From: a virus
IMG/VR virus record: IMGVR_UViG_3300042922_000911
Coordinates: 31,823-95,822 of that record
DNA: 64,000 nucleotides
Reading direction: 5' to 3' (one strand)
The notes under the pieces are model-generated. The model worked only from the letters and a program-made list of their open reading frames with translations, was not told where the DNA came from and ran no database searches. The position numbers and the translations under genes were made by a program. Of the stretch, positions 62,443-64,000 are shown one piece after another. Each line of letters starts with the position of its first letter. The first letter of the stretch is position 1.

Positions 62443-64000
62443 ATGGCGCAAACCGAGATCGTCACCGACTTCCGGCTGCTCGACGGCACCCCGGCCGACG
62501 GCGTGCTGTATGCAGCGCCCGCGCGCATGATGGCGACGCCCGACGGCGAAACGATCTTGCCGCGGACCGTGACCTTCGATGTGGTGGCGGGCGTGGCCTA
62601 CAAGCAGGGCAGCACGACCGAGCGCATGTCGCTGCCGGCGACGGCCGCGTGCGACCCCGTGAACACGACCATTTACCTGTCGCTGCACCGCACGGGCGAG
62701 CGCCGGCCGGTGCCCCTCGGGCACTTCATCATCCCGCAGAGCGCGACCCCGATCGAGCTGGCGTCGATGCTCGAGGCCGAGCCGGGCGCGGCGATCGTCT
62801 TCGACTACGTGCGCGCCATCATGCACGGCGACGATCGGCTCTCGGGCGTGGTTCACTTCGGCGAGGGCTTCGCGCTCGACCTGGACACCGGCACGATTCG
62901 GCTCGCCGCTGGCGTGAACGGCATCGGGGTTCACACGGGCACCGAGCCGCCGGAAGACACCGACGCATACCCGCTGTGGGTGGACGCGGATTCGACGCCG
63001 AACGGGGCGCTTCGCGGCTGGAACGGCACCGAATGGACCGACTTGCTCGCAGGCCCGACCGGCCCGCAAGGCCCCATGGGGCTGACCGGCCCCGCCGGTG
63101 CGCCCGGTGCTGATGGGGCGATCGGCCCGCAGGGGCCGCAAGGCGAGATCGGGCCGAAGGGTGACAAGGGCGACACGGGCGCGGCCGGTGCTGCCGGGGC
63201 GCAGGGCATCCAGGGCGTGCAAGGCCCCGCCGGTGCCGATGGAGCTGCCGGGCCGCAGGGTATCCAGGGCGCGACGGGTGCCGCCGGCCCGAAGGGCGAC
63301 ACCGGCGACACCGGCCCGGCCGGGCCGCAGGGCGTGCAAGGCCCCGCCGGTGCCGACGGCGCACAGGGGCCGCAAGGCATTCAGGGGCCGAAAGGCGACC
63401 CCGGCGACACCGGCCCGGCCGGGCCGCAGGGCGACCCCGGCCCCGCTGGCGCTGACGGGGCGATCGGCCCCGCCGGTGCCGATGGAGCTGCCGGGCCGCA
63501 GGGCGAGCCCGGCCCGCAAGGCATCCAGGGGCCGCAGGGCATCCAGGGCGACACCGGCCCCGCCGGGGCTGACGGCGTGGACGGCGCACAGGGGCCGCAG
63601 GGCTTGCAGGGCATCCAGGGGCCGCAGGGCGAGGTCGGCCCCGCCGGTGCCGACGGCCTCGACGGTGCGCCTGGTGCTGACGGTGCTACCGGCCCGCAGG
63701 GTGAGATCGGCCCGCAGGGGCCGCAAGGCATCCAGGGCGTGAAGGGCGACACGGGCGACACTGGCCCGCAGGGCATCCAGGGGCCGCAAGGTATCCAGGG
63801 CATCCAAGGCCCGGCCGGTGCCGACGGCCTCGACGGTGCGCCGGGTGCCGACGGTGCCACCGGCCCGCAGGGCGAGATCGGCCCGCAGGGGCCGCAGGGC
63901 GAGATCGGCCCGCAAGGCATCCAAGGCCCGGCCGGTGCCGACGGCCTCGACGGTGCGCCGGGTGCCGACGGTGCTACCGGCCCGCAGGGTGAGATCGGCC
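62443..64000 (+). CDS. Collagen-like fibre protein (partial, runs off window; absent from ORF track)
   Basis: RBS AGGAGG, ATG 62443; ~200-aa N-terminal region then continuous Gly-X-Y ([13 protein letters not shown]...) to base 64000. Confidence 0.85.
   Translation, partial: MAQTEIVTDFRLLDGTPADGVLYAAPARMMATPDGETILPRTVTFDVVAGVAYKQGSTTERMSLPATAACDPVNTTIYLSLHRTGERRPVPLGHFIIPQSATPIELASMLEAEPGAAIVFDYVRAIMHGDDRLSGVVHFGEGFALDLDTGTIRLAAGVNGIGVHTGTEPPEDTDAYPLWVDADSTPNGALRGWNGTEWTDLLAGPTGPQGPMGLTGPAGAPGADGAIGPQGPQGEIGPKGDKGDTGAAGAAGAQGIQGVQGPAGADGAAGPQGIQGATGAAGPKGDTGDTGPAGPQGVQGPAGADGAQGPQGIQGPKGDPGDTGPAGPQGDPGPAGADGAIGPAGADGAAGPQGEPGPQGIQGPQGIQGDTGPAGADGVDGAQGPQGLQGIQGPQGEVGPAGADGLDGAPGADGATGPQGEIGPQGPQGIQGVKGDTGDTGPQGIQGPQGIQGIQGPAGADGLDGAPGADGATGPQGEIGPQGPQGEIGPQGIQGPAGADGLDGAPGADGATGPQGEIG
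63052..64000 (+). repeat. Collagen Gly-X-Y coding repeats with higher-order duplications
   Basis: Repeated gccggtgccgacggcctcgacggtgcgcc(t/g)ggtgc(t/c)gacggtgc blocks near 63644, 63814, 63931. Confidence 0.9.

Noticed and set aside
62227-63924. Minus-strand and alternate-frame repetitive ORFs (PCGP-rich)
   Set aside because: Other frames of the collagen repeat; the real gene starts at 62443 on +
1-64000. Genome-wide stop-codon reassignment
   Set aside because: TAA, TAG and TGA all end well-defined genes; only one in-frame TGA was found (45211)

Overview
All 64 kb read as one segment of a large, high-GC (roughly two-thirds G+C by eye) tailed phage, probably a myovirus, with essentially every real gene on the + strand; the long minus-strand ORFs in the track are antisense shadows. 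Gene order: baseplate and tail fibres (1-12.1 kb); lysis cassette and RusA (12.1-15.5 kb); lambda-O-like initiator with iterons, DnaC-like loader and SSB (15.9-19.1 kb); nucleotide and DNA-modification genes thyX, dpdA-queD-queE-queC, an amino-MTase, class II RNR, a PAPS-reductase-like gene, an NDT-like gene and a C5-MTase (19.2-33.3 kb); terminase (33.8-36.9 kb); a 9.6 kb island of small ORFs; then portal, a NUDIX-MuF fusion, a 2903-aa polyvalent protein and a collagen-like fibre running off the end. No integrase, capsid gene, tRNA, rRNA or CRISPR array was seen. The strongest signals are at DNA/RNA level: (1) the 9-mer TTACACAGG occurs 36 times exactly (hand count; about 0.2 expected), clustered and forced into coding sequence in both orientations; (2) a ~380-nt multi-helix ncRNA with its own sigma70 promoter at 61.6-62.0 kb; (3) a phage-specific promoter G(G/T)CA(G/A)AAA-N25/26-(T/C)ANNNT at eight sites; (4) about 70 copies of the cyanobacterial HIP1 octamer GCGATCGC; (5) a dual-coded C5-MTase, an in-frame UGA followed by a SECIS-like hairpin, and a candidate new spanin architecture. 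All counts and alignments were done by eye and no database searches were run.
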